A model generated the notes under the pieces. It ran no database searches. It was not told the origin of the DNA and saw only the letters and a program-made list of their open reading frames with translations. A DNA stretch of 64,000 nucleotides, from positions 128,001 to 192,000 of the forward strand of contig CAVUDW010000002.1 of the NCBI GenBank assembly GCA_963740355.1. The letters run 5' to 3'. Positions 29,160 to 40,170 of this stretch are shown here, in pieces; the first letter of the stretch is position 1, and the number at the start of each line of letters is the position of its first letter. The position numbers were made by a program, and so were the translations under genes. The stretch is from an uncultured Gemmatimonadaceae bacterium (GTDB lineage: Bacteria; Gemmatimonadota; Gemmatimonadetes; Gemmatimonadales; Gemmatimonadaceae).

Positions 29160-31250
29160 CTGCTGTGTCGTTGCGTGTGGTGCCTCCGTCGCCTGCGACG
29201 GATGTGCACGATGGCGCGACTCAGTTGTTCACCGCGCTGGCGACGTCACAGTCGCCAGCGTTTGGCGATTCAGGACGCCTGTCGACCGCTGCGGAAATTG
29301 CCACCTCGGAGATCGAGGCGGCGTGGGGAAATGCGCGAGTGGTAAGCTTCGACGTGTTCGACACGCTGATCGTGCGGAAGGTCGCGGCGCCGCGTGATGT
29401 GTTCCTGCACCTTGCAACACCGTCGCCGTTCTCGTCATGGGGGATGGGTGCGCTCGAACTGGCGCAGCACAGGCAGGAGGCGGAAAACGAGGCCCGTCGA
29501 CGCGGCGTCGTCGCACGCGGAAGTGCGGAAGTCACGCTGCACGAGATTCATGCCGTGCTGGCGGAGCGACTGTTCCGCACCGAGACGGACGTGCCGGCCA
29601 TGGTGCAGGCCGAACGACTGGTGGAGCGCGCGCTCTGCGTCGCGCATCCGCACCTGCGGCGATTGTTCGATCGCGCGCAACGCGACGGCAAGACGGTCTG
29701 GTGCGTGAGCGACACGTATCACGAAGAGGTCTTTCTCCGCGAGCTGCTCGAATTCTGCGGCTTCGCGGTGACTGGGCTGCAGGTCGTGAGCTCCGCCGAT
29801 CTGCGAATGTCCAAAGGCGAAGGGAAGGTGCTACGTCGCCTCGCGACCGAGGCGAAGGTGTCGCCCTCCGATGTACTGCACATCGGTGATCATCCGCAAT
29901 CCGACGGAGCGATTCCGCTGGAGCAGGGCTTTCGCGCCGTCTGTCATCCCTGGGCGGCCAGCCAGCATTCGGATCGGCCCAGCATCGGCGCCGGGCGATT
30001 CAGTCGCGCTCGGCCTGGCCCAGATCGGCTCACGCGTGGTGGAACCGGCGTTCCCCTTCTGGTGGCGCTTCGGTTATTCCGTTGCTGGGCCTCTGCTGAG
30101 CGGCTTCGCATTGTGGTTGCACGATCGATTCATGGCCGATGGTGTGCAGCGCGCGTACTTCCTGCTGCGCGATGGCGAGATCATCCTCGATGTGTATCGC
30201 GCATTGCTGGGTGATCGCCCGGGGCCCAGCACCGCGCTGCTCGAGTCGTCACGTCGAGCCTTCATCCTGCCAGCGCTGGAGGCGGGAAACCCATCGGTGA
30301 CCGCACAACTGCTGGCGTGCGAAAATGCGCGTCCGGCGCGCGAGTTCCTCGAGCGGATCGGGCTCCGCGCGACTGACTTTGCCGCAGCCTTTCGCGCAGT
30401 TGGCCTGGAGTCGATCGACACGATCGTCGACCGCCGAGACAACACGGCCATGGCGAAGGTGGCCGCCTTGTTCGGGCGTATGGATGTGGTGAACGCGATG
30501 GTGTCGCGATCCCGGACCGAGCGCGCATTGCTGTGGAAGTTCCTCGCGCAGGAAGGGGTGTTGGCACCCGGTCATGTCGGGCTGGTCGACATCGGGTGGA
30601 ATGGCACGATCCAGAAGGCGCTGATGTCGGTGGCGAAGGTCGAGCAGACGCCGCTCGATCTCTCTGGGTACTACCTCGGCACACAGCCGGCCATTTCCGC
30701 GGACCTGAACGGGAGTGCCGCGAGCGGATACCTGTTCAACGCCGGCGCACCTTTCGAGCGGGCGCGGGCCGTGACGCAGCTGCAGCAGTTGGTGGAATTC
30801 ATCTGTACGACCACACGCGGCAGCCTGCGTGGCTTTCGCGCTGAGGGGAAGTCGGTCGTGCCGGTGCATAGCGCCGTGGATCATCCCGCGTCGCAGCACG
30901 AGGCGGTGGCGCAACTGCGCGACGGTGCTGTCGCGTACGCGCGCGGGTTGGCGCAGGAACGAAAGGTGTTCGGTGACGATCCGATCAGCGCTGACGCTGC
31001 GCTGCGACACCTGGCGCGGACCATCCAGCAGCCGACTGCTGAAGAAGCCGCAGCCATCGGCGACATCCAGCATGGCGAAGGGCTCGGGGCGGATCGTGTG
31101 CGATCCTTCGCCGCATTCAGCGACGGCGCGTTCACCGCGCAATCGCTGCTCGAGGATCATGCGCGGGCGTACTGGCCAGCCGGGCTGCTCGCGCGTCGCG
31201 AGCCCGCTGCACTGGCGCTACGCGCGCTGCTTTGGCTGCGAAGCGCGTAA
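29156..31250 (+). pseudogene. HAD-superfamily hydrolase of polysaccharide loci split by a one-base insertion near 29976 (possibly an assembly error)
   Basis: 'SFDVFDTL', 'VSDTY', 'LHIGDHPQSD' in frame 1; 'YFLLRDG', 'VDIGWNGTIQ' in frame 2; fusion gives 697 aa. Confidence 0.75.
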
Positions 31251-31251
31251 G

Positions 31252-33096
31252 GTGAAACTGCCCGTCGTGCTCCTGCCCTCCGGCGCGTCGAGCGGTGCGC
31301 GCGAGCGGACGCTTGCGTCGGTGTCGGCACAGAGCATCGATGTCGAGGTGGTGACGACAACCGAGGCATTGCTGCGTGGCTCCGGAGAATTCGTTGCGCT
31401 CGTCTTGTCCGGCACGGTGCTGGACGCCACGGCATGTGAACGGGCTGTCTGGTTCCTGGCGTCGCATCCGGCCGTGCCGTGTGTCACAGGCGCATCGGCT
31501 ACACCATCGGCCACCTCGGCGATGTTGGCAGCGGCGCTGCAGTTCGTGGTGATGCGCATGTCTGTCGCGCAGCGACTGCTCGACGCGGGTGACCAGCTGC
31601 AGGCCGCAACAGCGATCGCTCTCATCATCGGGTCGCGACGCGAGTCGGGACGGGGTGCGGGATGGGTGTCAGACCCCCTGATTCGCGCAAACGCGGATCC
31701 GGCGATCCTCGTACGAATTGAAGCCGAGGCGCATGTCGCCCTGCAGCAGCTCGCTCTCGATGACGCAGCGTTATTCGATCTTGGCGCCAGTGGAGTGCCG
31801 GTGGCGCCGCAGCAGGCGCTGACGAGTGTTGCGTGGCCAGCCATCGACGTTAAACGCGCGCCCACCGGCGGCATGCGGATTCTCGCACTGCTGCAGGGAT
31901 TTCCGATGGGTGGCTACACCGCGTTCAACGCTGAGTTGCTGCCCCGCCTGACCGCCTCAGGGCACGCGGTGACCACCTGCACGACGGAGTTCTTCCGCAC
32001 TGACTGGCGACTCGACCTCGTGCGCGATGCAGCTCCCGACATCCATCACGCTCACGCGGTGGTACCCTCGACGGCGGTCCCGTCGTACATCGATTGGCTG
32101 ATCACGTCGCGCGCGATCGATGTCGTGCTGCTCAGTCACAGCTATCTCGGCTTCCACGCTCTGCCATATCTCCGAGCACGTCACCCGACGGTTGCGTTCG
32201 TGGACTATGTGCACACCGATTGGTTCGAGAGCGCGATGTATGGCAGCTATGCTACGATGGCATCGCGGTTCGAGGGGCAACTGGATGCACAGCTGGCCAC
32301 CAGCGTCGCGCTGGCGTCGCAGCTGATCGACGCCGGTTGCGATGCGGCTGCCGTGCGTACCGCACATATCGGCATCGATACAGCGGCGTGGCGACATGCG
32401 GGGCCGCGACTCGAGGCGGTGCGCACGTCGCTGGGTGCCTCGAAGGACACGGTCGTGTTGCTGTTTTCTGGTCGCATCTCGCCGGAGAAACGGCCGGAGC
32501 TGGCGGTCGACGCGCTGGTGCAGTTGCGTGCCGAAGGGACGGATGCGCTGCTGGTATTCGCCGGGAGTGGCCAACTCCTGCAGGCCACTCACGAGCGCTC
32601 GGTTGCGCTCGGCGTGGAGTCGTCCTGCAAGTTCCTTGGTGAACTGGACGAGGCCACACTCCGTCACGTCTATGCGGCTGCGGACCTCTTCATCGCGCCA
32701 TCGGCGATAGAAGGGATTGCACGCTCGCTGTATGAAGCGATGGCGATGGGGTGCGTGCCGGTGGTCTCAGACGTCGGTGGCCAGCGCGAGCTGGTGATCG
32801 ATGGCACGGGCAGCCTGGTGAATGCGGCCTGTGCGACTGCCTCGCCGTATGTGGACGGTATTCGTCCCTGGCTCGCCCGCGACGCGAGAAGCCGCGCGAG
32901 CGCCGCAGCACGCGCACACATCGTGGCACACTTCGACAGTCACCGCACGGTTCAGAAGGTCTGCGACGCGCTGCGCCTTGGCATCACGCGGCGAGTCATT
33001 CGGCAGGAGACGCTGCCGGCGGCGATGGCTGAGGAGCTGGCGGTGATGGCGATCGAAGTGATGCGGCGCCACGTGCTCAAGATCGTGTCGCGGTAG
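31252..33096 (+). CDS. Glycosyltransferase, C-terminal GT4 domain with degenerate GT2-like N-terminus
   Basis: 'FSGRISPEKRP', 'EGIARSLYEAMAMG...SDVGGQRE'. Confidence 0.85.
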   Translation: MKLPVVLLPSGASSGARERTLASVSAQSIDVEVVTTTEALLRGSGEFVALVLSGTVLDATACERAVWFLASHPAVPCVTGASATPSATSAMLAAALQFVVMRMSVAQRLLDAGDQLQAATAIALIIGSRRESGRGAGWVSDPLIRANADPAILVRIEAEAHVALQQLALDDAALFDLGASGVPVAPQQALTSVAWPAIDVKRAPTGGMRILALLQGFPMGGYTAFNAELLPRLTASGHAVTTCTTEFFRTDWRLDLVRDAAPDIHHAHAVVPSTAVPSYIDWLITSRAIDVVLLSHSYLGFHALPYLRARHPTVAFVDYVHTDWFESAMYGSYATMASRFEGQLDAQLATSVALASQLIDAGCDAAAVRTAHIGIDTAAWRHAGPRLEAVRTSLGASKDTVVLLFSGRISPEKRPELAVDALVQLRAEGTDALLVFAGSGQLLQATHERSVALGVESSCKFLGELDEATLRHVYAAADLFIAPSAIEGIARSLYEAMAMGCVPVVSDVGGQRELVIDGTGSLVNAACATASPYVDGIRPWLARDARSRASAAARAHIVAHFDSHRTVQKVCDALRLGITRRVIRQETLPAAMAEELAVMAIEVMRRHVLKIVSR

Positions 33097-33108
33097 TTGC
33101 TGGCCCAT

Positions 33109-33224
33109 CGGCAGTCCATGCCGCCCGTTCGATCGCACTCGGCAGAGCATGCCGTTCGAGGGTAACGAGCGGATTTCGTAAACGCATGTCGCAGAAGGCT
33201 TTAGCGAACGGCATGGCCCGTGCT
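33109..33224 (+). promoter_or_regulatory. sigma54 promoter B with enhancer boxes and 25-bp box
   Basis: CGGC-N7-GCCG at 33109-33123 and 33140-33154; 25-bp box 33179-33203; CGGCATGGCCCGTGCT at 33209-33224. Confidence 0.75.
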
Positions 33225-33311
33225 TTAGGGGGCATGTGGCGCCATGCGTTCCACAGGTGTGCCTTCAGCGTTTCGCTCGACCTTTCTCACTTCGCAACAC
33301 CCGACCATCCC

Positions 33312-35216
33312 ATGTGCGGCATCGCAGGCATCGTGAACGTGCAGGGCACGCCCGTTTCGCCGGGTGTGCTCCGTGCGATGACGGATATCGTGCGACATCG
33401 TGGTCCGGACGGCGAAGGCCAGTGGATCAGGAACGGGGTGGGCTTCGGGCATCGTCGCCTCGCGATCGTCGACCTGTCGCCTGCCGGCGCGCAACCGATG
33501 CAGAGCAGCGACGGCGCGTATGTGATCACCTTCAATGGCGAGATCTACAACTGGCGGGAGTTGCGAACGGAGCTCGGCAAGCGAGGCGCGGTGTTCCGCT
33601 CACACAGCGACACCGAGGTGTTGCTGGAAGCCTACCGAGTCTGGGGGCCGAAGTGCCTCGAGAAGCTGAATGGCATGTTTGCATTCGCGATCTGGGATTC
33701 GCGCAACTCACGTGTCTTCCTGGCGCGTGACCGCTACGGCATCAAGCCCCTCTACTATCGCTGGGATGGCCAGACGCTGCTGTTCGGCTCCGAGATCAAG
33801 TCGATCCTGCAGCATCCCTCGGTCAGTGTGCGCGTCGATCAGGCCGCACTGGGCGAATACTTCTCGTTCCAGAACGTGTTCAGTGACCGCACGTTGTTCG
33901 ACGGCATCAAGCTGCTGCCGCGTGCGTCATCGATCACGTTGGAGCTCGGCCGGCCAGAGTCCTTCGACATCACGCGCTGGTGGGACTACCAGTTCGTGGA
34001 GGAGAAGGGAGTCAGCGAGGGAGAGTATCTCGAGGAACTGGACCGACTGTTTCAGCAGGCTGTGGAGCGCCAGGTGCAGGCGGATGTCGAGGTCGGCACG
34101 TACCTCAGCGGTGGTATCGACTCAGGTGCAGTCACCTGCATCACGGCACGGCGATTCCAGAACGTGAAGAGTTTCACGGCTGGCTTCGACCTGTCGTCGG
34201 CCTCCGGGCTCGAGATGGCGTTCGACGAGCGCGCCAAGGCCGAGATTCTTTCTGCTGCCTATCGTACCGAGCACTATCAAGTGGTGCTGAAGGCGGGCGA
34301 CATGGAGCGCATCCTGCCGGACCTGGTCTGGCACCTGGAGGACCTGCGTGTCGGTCAGAGTTATCCGAACTATTACATCTCCCGGCTGGCGTCGCGCTTC
34401 GTAAAGGTGGTGCTGGCTGGCACCGGTGGCGACGAGATCTTCGCCGGCTATCCGTGGCGCTACTATCGCGCGGTGAAAAACGACGACGCGTCGCAGTATC
34501 TCGACAAGTACTACGCATACTGGCAGCGACTGGTCCCCGAGCAGCATCGTGGTTCGTTCTTCCGCCCGTCGGTGCAACGCGCGATGGTGACGCACACGCC
34601 GGAAGCGGCGTTCCGCAGTGTGCTACGCCGGCGGTCGTTCCTCGCGATGACGCCGGATGACTACGTCAACCACTCGCTCTATTTCGAGCTGTCCACCTTC
34701 CTCAGCGGGCTGCTGGTGGTGGAGGACAAACTCTCGATGGCGCACGGGCTGGAGACGCGCGTGCCGTTCCTCGACAACGACCTGGTTGACTTCGCGCTGC
34801 GTGTGCCGGTGAAGTACAAGCTGAAGAACGTGGACAAGATCGTGCGCATCGACGAGAACACCCCAGGCTTGAAGCGCCAGAAGTACTTCGATGAAACGGG
34901 TGACGGAAAGTTGATCCTGCGCAAGGCGCTCGCGCGCTATGTACCGGCCGGATACGCGAATGGCCGCAAGCAAGGCTTCTCTGCGCCCGATGGCAGCTGG
35001 TTCCGTGGGCAGAGCATCGACTACATCCGGAAGCTGCTGCACGCGAAGGATGCGCGGATCTACGAGTTCCTCGATCCCGAGACGGTGCACACCGTGCTTG
35101 ATGAACACGTGTCAGGAACGACGAATCACCGCTTGGTGATCTGGTCGATGCTCTGCTTCGAGTGGTGGCTGCGCCGGTTCCGCGACGGCGAAGCGGTCGC
35201 GGCGAACGCTGCCTGA
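33312..35216 (+). CDS. asnB: Asparagine-synthase-family glutamine amidotransferase (glycan amidation type)
   Basis: N-terminal 'MCGI', 'HRGPD', 'NGEIYN', 'LSGGIDS', 'GGDEIFAGY', 'RVPFLD', 'KQGF'. Confidence 0.92.
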   Translation: MCGIAGIVNVQGTPVSPGVLRAMTDIVRHRGPDGEGQWIRNGVGFGHRRLAIVDLSPAGAQPMQSSDGAYVITFNGEIYNWRELRTELGKRGAVFRSHSDTEVLLEAYRVWGPKCLEKLNGMFAFAIWDSRNSRVFLARDRYGIKPLYYRWDGQTLLFGSEIKSILQHPSVSVRVDQAALGEYFSFQNVFSDRTLFDGIKLLPRASSITLELGRPESFDITRWWDYQFVEEKGVSEGEYLEELDRLFQQAVERQVQADVEVGTYLSGGIDSGAVTCITARRFQNVKSFTAGFDLSSASGLEMAFDERAKAEILSAAYRTEHYQVVLKAGDMERILPDLVWHLEDLRVGQSYPNYYISRLASRFVKVVLAGTGGDEIFAGYPWRYYRAVKNDDASQYLDKYYAYWQRLVPEQHRGSFFRPSVQRAMVTHTPEAAFRSVLRRRSFLAMTPDDYVNHSLYFELSTFLSGLLVVEDKLSMAHGLETRVPFLDNDLVDFALRVPVKYKLKNVDKIVRIDENTPGLKRQKYFDETGDGKLILRKALARYVPAGYANGRKQGFSAPDGSWFRGQSIDYIRKLLHAKDARIYEFLDPETVHTVLDEHVSGTTNHRLVIWSMLCFEWWLRRFRDGEAVAANAA

Positions 35217-35242
35217 CTTTGTGTACGCCGCGCCGCTCGCGA

Positions 35243-36880
35243 TCAGGCGCGGGCGGTGATGGCTGCGTCGAGGGTACTCACGAGGTCCTGGCGCCCGCAG
35301 GCGATGAACATCGCGTTCATCTCATCGAGCGCTTCGTGGAAGGTGCGCGTTCCGCGGGCGTGAATGCTGCGCCGCGGTGCCTCGAGGTCGTCGGCAAGGG
35401 CGAGCGCGGCCGAGGCCGCGTCGGTCAGTCCGGCGGCGGTGAACACCGCCCAGCGCGCCCATTCGAGCTCGGCACGATGCATGTCCGGGAAGGTGGCAGC
35501 ATGCGACACCGCCTCATCGACACGTCCGAGCGCGAGCAGCGTGATCAGCCACATCGCCCACTCGATCGGATCAGGCTCGCGGCCACCGTGGGTGAGGATC
35601 ATCTCGATCGACGCCTTGAGGAAGAAGAGCGCGTCATTCGGCTTGCCGGTGTGCAGCAGGCAGGTGGCGAAGCCAAGTCGTGGCTCCGCCATGTACGGCG
35701 TGTAGGCCACACACTGTGCGAACTGTTCCATCGCCGAGGCAAACTCGCCACGATCAACCGCGTGCCATGCCGTGCGCAGCAGCGCTCGATCGGTCGAGGC
35801 GCTGTCGATGTGCACCTGCTGGTCGGGCGCGTGCTCCGCCACGATACGGAGATCGCCACACATCGTCGACTGCACGATACGCTGGCCAGGCTGCATTTGC
35901 TTGTGAAGCTGGTACCACTGCAGGATCTGCGGGCGTTGTTGGATGGTATGATGCGAGTGGACGAGATCGAAGCCGTTGCGCGTGATGCGCTGCATCTCGT
36001 CGGGATGCCTGAAGAGGTGGTCGACCACGTCACGCACATCACCTTCGTCGGCGAAGACACAGTTTTCCATGTGCCGGAACCCGAACTCGCGGAGGATCGG
36101 CGTCTCCTCAGTGAGCAGCAGGCTGGCCGACGCCGGGATCTCGAGGTGCTTATTGACCAGTGCCTTCACCATGCCGCCGCAGGTCGGCGTGATGTACGCC
36201 GAGTTGATCAAGCGACTATACGGCTCGTCGAAGAGTGCCTGTGATGAATACTTCGGCGAATAGCCGACATGCGGCACCACGACGGTCTGAAAGTGCTCCG
36301 ACACGGCGGCGCGGATTCGCTTGCGCCAGGCGTACTGTGCGATGTCGGTGTTCCCCATGAACAGGATGGGCAGCAGCTTCTGCTGGCCGTAGTCACGATA
36401 GATCGTGGCGTCGACGGCGAAGGGCCAGTAGAACAAATTGTCGGCGATTTCCGGCAGGTAGTCGCCGGCGTTCGACACGTACGTGAACCAGGTGTCGATA
36501 CCCCACCGCTCCATCTCGGCGTAGAACGTGGTGCGGGATGGACACATCGGGTCGGCCCGCATGAAGCCCAGTTTCGGGATTGCGGGGTGCGACGAGGTGT
36601 TGCTGATGCTGGTGTAGGGGCCGGCGTAGTTGTTGTTGCCACTTTCGAAGAGAGTCAGGTCCGGCTGGTGCAGGTCGCAGATCTCGCCGTAGTCGCAGTC
36701 GTTCTCGACGATGACGAGGTCGAACCATTCCGAGAGCCCAGTGACGAACAATCGCTCGAAGAGCCGCTGGTTGAACGGCGGGTACGAGGTCAGTGGCCAA
36801 CGGAAATACACCATCCGCGGCTTCGCGGATGGTGTATCGAGCGTCTGTGGATGCACGCAGTGCCGAATGGTGCTGATCAT
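35243..36880 (-). CDS. Glycosyltransferase (CgeB/Glyco_trans_1_2-like) with C-terminal TPR-like helices
   Basis: 'ILFMG', 'KHLEIPAS', 'RITRNGFDLVHSHHT'; TPR-like 'AEPRLGFATCLLHTGKPNDAL'. Confidence 0.7.
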   Translation of the reverse strand: MISTIRHCVHPQTLDTPSAKPRMVYFRWPLTSYPPFNQRLFERLFVTGLSEWFDLVIVENDCDYGEICDLHQPDLTLFESGNNNYAGPYTSISNTSSHPAIPKLGFMRADPMCPSRTTFYAEMERWGIDTWFTYVSNAGDYLPEIADNLFYWPFAVDATIYRDYGQQKLLPILFMGNTDIAQYAWRKRIRAAVSEHFQTVVVPHVGYSPKYSSQALFDEPYSRLINSAYITPTCGGMVKALVNKHLEIPASASLLLTEETPILREFGFRHMENCVFADEGDVRDVVDHLFRHPDEMQRITRNGFDLVHSHHTIQQRPQILQWYQLHKQMQPGQRIVQSTMCGDLRIVAEHAPDQQVHIDSASTDRALLRTAWHAVDRGEFASAMEQFAQCVAYTPYMAEPRLGFATCLLHTGKPNDALFFLKASIEMILTHGGREPDPIEWAMWLITLLALGRVDEAVSHAATFPDMHRAELEWARWAVFTAAGLTDAASAALALADDLEAPRRSIHARGTRTFHEALDEMNAMFIACGRQDLVSTLDAAITARA

Positions 36881-37893
36881 TTCACCAGCTGACCATCACG
36901 CGCCTGGTTCCAGCTGTAGGTCTGGATCGTGTCCTCGACAACCGGCTTCTCTTCCGAGAAGAGGTCGCGCAGGGCCTTGGTGTAGTCAGCGCCCCAGCGG
37001 ATCACTTTCCAGTCGGTGCAGCTGGCGCAGGTCGGATGCTTGAAGGTGCGATCGAGGTGGCTCTGGCGCAGCGCCTTGAAGGTCTCGGATTGCCAGATGG
37101 CCTGCAGCGAGCCCCCTTCGTCGAGTGTGGTGAGGGTCGTGTCCTTCATCCAGTCGTCGGGGCAGAAGCGCACGCGGCCGTCCCACGTGACCACCAGTCG
37201 CGTGAACACGACGAGGCAGGGCCAGCGGTTTTCGACTTCGCGCTCCTCGATGTTCTTCTTCGGCGTCAGGCCCTTCGTGTCGACGTAGTTGCGGATGATG
37301 ACCTTGTCCACAATCTGCGACCAGAAGGTGTTGAAAACTTCCAGCTCCTCGTTGCTCACTTCCGGCTGTTGCACGATGCTGACCATCACCTTCACGTTGT
37401 CGCGCTTCAGCTTGTCGCGCTGGAGCACGAACTCCATGATGTTGCGCATGATGCGGCGGTAGTCGCCACGGACGCGGATCTTCTCGTAGGTCTCGCGATA
37501 GAAGCCATCGAGGCTGATCTCAACCGAGACTTTCGTTTCCGACTCTCGCAGCAAGACCTCGGCGCGATCCCCTTCGAGGAACATGCCGTTGGTATTGAAG
37601 GCGAAGGTGTCGATGCCCTTGTCCTGCACGTACTCCACCTGCTCGACCCACGACTTGAGCAGCATCGGCTCGCCATCCGGCGTGATGCGGAGCGCAGCGT
37701 TGTGTTGTGCGACTTCGTCCACGACACGCTTCCAGAGCGCCATGTCGATGGTCTTCGCTTTGTAGCCGGGAATGGCCGCATGCACATCCGAGTGCGGGCA
37801 GTGAATGCACCGCAGGTTGCAGATGTTCGTCGTCTCGACGTGAACGATCGGCGGAAAGGATTCGTCTGCGGGCTTCAGGAAACCGAATGTCAT
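36877..37893 (-). CDS. Radical SAM protein with SPASM/twitch-type C-terminal domain
   Basis: 'CNLRCIHC' (CxxxCxxC), 'GEPML', 'NTNG'; 'WPC...VTWDGRVRFC...CASC'. Confidence 0.9.
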   Translation of the reverse strand: MTFGFLKPADESFPPIVHVETTNICNLRCIHCPHSDVHAAIPGYKAKTIDMALWKRVVDEVAQHNAALRITPDGEPMLLKSWVEQVEYVQDKGIDTFAFNTNGMFLEGDRAEVLLRESETKVSVEISLDGFYRETYEKIRVRGDYRRIMRNIMEFVLQRDKLKRDNVKVMVSIVQQPEVSNEELEVFNTFWSQIVDKVIIRNYVDTKGLTPKKNIEEREVENRWPCLVVFTRLVVTWDGRVRFCPDDWMKDTTLTTLDEGGSLQAIWQSETFKALRQSHLDRTFKHPTCASCTDWKVIRWGADYTKALRDLFSEEKPVVEDTIQTYSWNQARDGQLVK

Positions 37894-39005
37894 TCGCCGG
37901 CGCTCGTGGGAGTGGGACTGGATGGGGTAGTGAACTGCTCGAACGGCATCACGTAGTGCCAGGGATAGCTGGCGCGGATCGTGTCCATCGGCACCTGCCG
38001 CAGGGTGGTGATGTCGCCAGTGATGCGGGTCAGATAGTGGTGCTGGCCTTCGAGCGAGCCCCACTTCTGCTTGAACTGGTAGACGCCCGAAGTGCGGGAG
38101 CTACTCGACTGCCAATTGAAGTATCGGTAGCCCGCGTCGCGGGCCCAGTCGAGCGCATCGACGATCAGCACGCTGGTCGCGAGCGTCTTGGTGGCGGCGG
38201 AACTGCCGCTGAGCATGAAACAGTCGAGCACATCGTGCTGGCCAACGAACATGCAGCCGGCGACGACGGTGTCGCCGTCGAGCACGTAACACATGGTGCC
38301 CTTGCCGGCACCGATGACCTGGGTGCGGATGGCATCGAGGAATGCGCGTGGCAGTCGTGCAGCACTGAGTTCGGTCATGCGCGAAGCGTGAATCGCATCC
38401 CAGGCGTCGAAGTGCTGGTCGCTGTCGGTGAAGACAGTCGTGAGCCCGAACTTCGCCTTCGCCTGCGCGGCCCGTTTCACGTACTTCGCGACGTCGAAGG
38501 GCTGCAGCGCGGCGTCCTGCGCCACGTCAGCAGCGAGATCGATGTACTGGTAGAAGTTCTCGCGCACGAAGTCAGGCGCGAAGTACTCCAGATAGAGCGG
38601 CAGGTCGGCGTAGAACGGCGGCGTCGCGATGGTCGCCAGAAGGCAGCCGCGACTCCTCGCCTCGTTCGTGAACGCATCGAGCAGTGCCTGGTAAATCTCG
38701 CTGCGCTGCGGATGCGCCGGATCGACCACCACGCCACCGTATCCGCCAGGCTGGGGTACCGATAGCAGCAGTGCACCGTGTGGGCCGCTGAACTCGTACG
38801 CCGGCAGGGCGCCGAGAACTCGACCGTCGTCGTCGCGCGCGAGGAAATAGACCGGGATGTCGCGCTGGTCGAAGGCGAGTGCTTCGCGCCATTCCCACGA
38901 ATGCTGCACCAGTGCCCCAGGGCATGACGCAATGAACCGCCGATATTCGGCGGCGCTGACGTCGGCGCTGACGTCGGTGCTGACGCGGATGCAGGCGCCG
39001 ATCAT
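37890..39005 (-). CDS. GNAT/FemAB-like acyltransferase
   Basis: 'YRYFNWQSS...SGVYQFKQKWGS' typical of FemAB-related GNATs in glycan loci. Confidence 0.7.
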   Translation of the reverse strand: MIGACIRVSTDVSADVSAAEYRRFIASCPGALVQHSWEWREALAFDQRDIPVYFLARDDDGRVLGALPAYEFSGPHGALLLSVPQPGGYGGVVVDPAHPQRSEIYQALLDAFTNEARSRGCLLATIATPPFYADLPLYLEYFAPDFVRENFYQYIDLAADVAQDAALQPFDVAKYVKRAAQAKAKFGLTTVFTDSDQHFDAWDAIHASRMTELSAARLPRAFLDAIRTQVIGAGKGTMCYVLDGDTVVAGCMFVGQHDVLDCFMLSGSSAATKTLATSVLIVDALDWARDAGYRYFNWQSSSSRTSGVYQFKQKWGSLEGQHHYLTRITGDITTLRQVPMDTIRASYPWHYVMPFEQFTTPSSPTPTSAGE

Positions 39006-39006
39006 C

Positions 39007-40170
39007 TCAGGCCCCGACCGTGGCGTAAACGTCGTGCAGCGCACCCGCCACCTCGCGCACATCGTCGTCCGGCATACCGGCATAGAGCGGAATCGCGATC
39101 GACAGCGACTCGGCCAGCAGTGACTGCGGACAGGTGCTTGCGTCGAGGGCGTAGCGGCCAGCGTAGTAGGTCGTGTGCGGCACGGAGTGCGTGCCCTGAC
39201 GCGTGCCGATGCCACGCTGCTCGAGCGCGGTCATGATCGCATTGCGCTGCTCGTGCAGGCCGAGGCGATTGGCTTCGGTGGGCGCTTCGGGCGCAAAGAG
39301 GCAGACGTAAGACTGATAGCTGTGACCGACGCCGTCCCGCTGTGCAGGCAGACGCAACCAGTCACAGTCGGCCAGCAGCGTATCGTAGAGCGCAGCGCAG
39401 TGCCGACGGCTGGCGAGAATGGTCTCTGCCTTGGCCATCTGCGTGCAGCCGAGCGCACCCTGAATGTCGGTGAGGCGATAGTTGAAGCCGCCGATCGGGA
39501 AATCGGGGAGCATGAAGGGTGCTGATGGACCACTGGCGCGCACGGCACCGTGATCGCGCAGTGATCGGCAGCGACTGTCGATTGCCGCGCTGGCGGTGGT
39601 GATCATTCCCCCTTCGCCGGTCGTGATCGCCTTCCGCGGATGGAAGGAGAAGCAGCCGGCATCGCCGAAGCCCCCGACGTGTGTGCCATGCAGCGTGGTG
39701 CCGAACCCGCAGGCCGCGTCCTCGATCACGCGCAGGTCGTGCTTGCGGGCGATCGCCATGATGCGATCCATGTCGGCCGCGAAGCCGAACTGGTGCACCG
39801 GGAGAATGGCACGTGTGCGCGAGGTGATGCTGGCTTCGATCAGCTCGGGGTCGATCGTGAAGGTGTCGAGATCGATGTCCACGAAGACCGGCACGGCACC
39901 GGCCTGTTCGACGCTGTTGGCGGTCGCGATCCAGGTGAACGCAGGCACCAGCACTTCGTCACCAGCACCGATGCCGACCGCCTTCAATGCCATGTGCAGC
40001 GCCGTGGTGCAGGAGCTGGTGGCAACGCTGAATGGCTGACCCGTGAAGGTCGAGAAGCGCGACTCGAACTGTCGCACGTACTCGCCCTGCACGACCCAGC
40101 CCTTCTTCAACGGTTCAACGACGGCAGCGAAGTCGCTGTCGTCGAAGAACGTCTTCGAGATCGGAATCAC
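39007..40170 (-). CDS. DegT/DnrJ/EryC1/StrS nucleotide-sugar aminotransferase
   Basis: 'SSCTTALH', 'IEDAAC', '[14 protein letters not shown]', '[10 protein letters not shown]'. Confidence 0.92.
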   Translation of the reverse strand: MIPISKTFFDDSDFAAVVEPLKKGWVVQGEYVRQFESRFSTFTGQPFSVATSSCTTALHMALKAVGIGAGDEVLVPAFTWIATANSVEQAGAVPVFVDIDLDTFTIDPELIEASITSRTRAILPVHQFGFAADMDRIMAIARKHDLRVIEDAACGFGTTLHGTHVGGFGDAGCFSFHPRKAITTGEGGMITTASAAIDSRCRSLRDHGAVRASGPSAPFMLPDFPIGGFNYRLTDIQGALGCTQMAKAETILASRRHCAALYDTLLADCDWLRLPAQRDGVGHSYQSYVCLFAPEAPTEANRLGLHEQRNAIMTALEQRGIGTRQGTHSVPHTTYYAGRYALDASTCPQSLLAESLSIAIPLYAGMPDDDVREVAGALHDVYATVGA

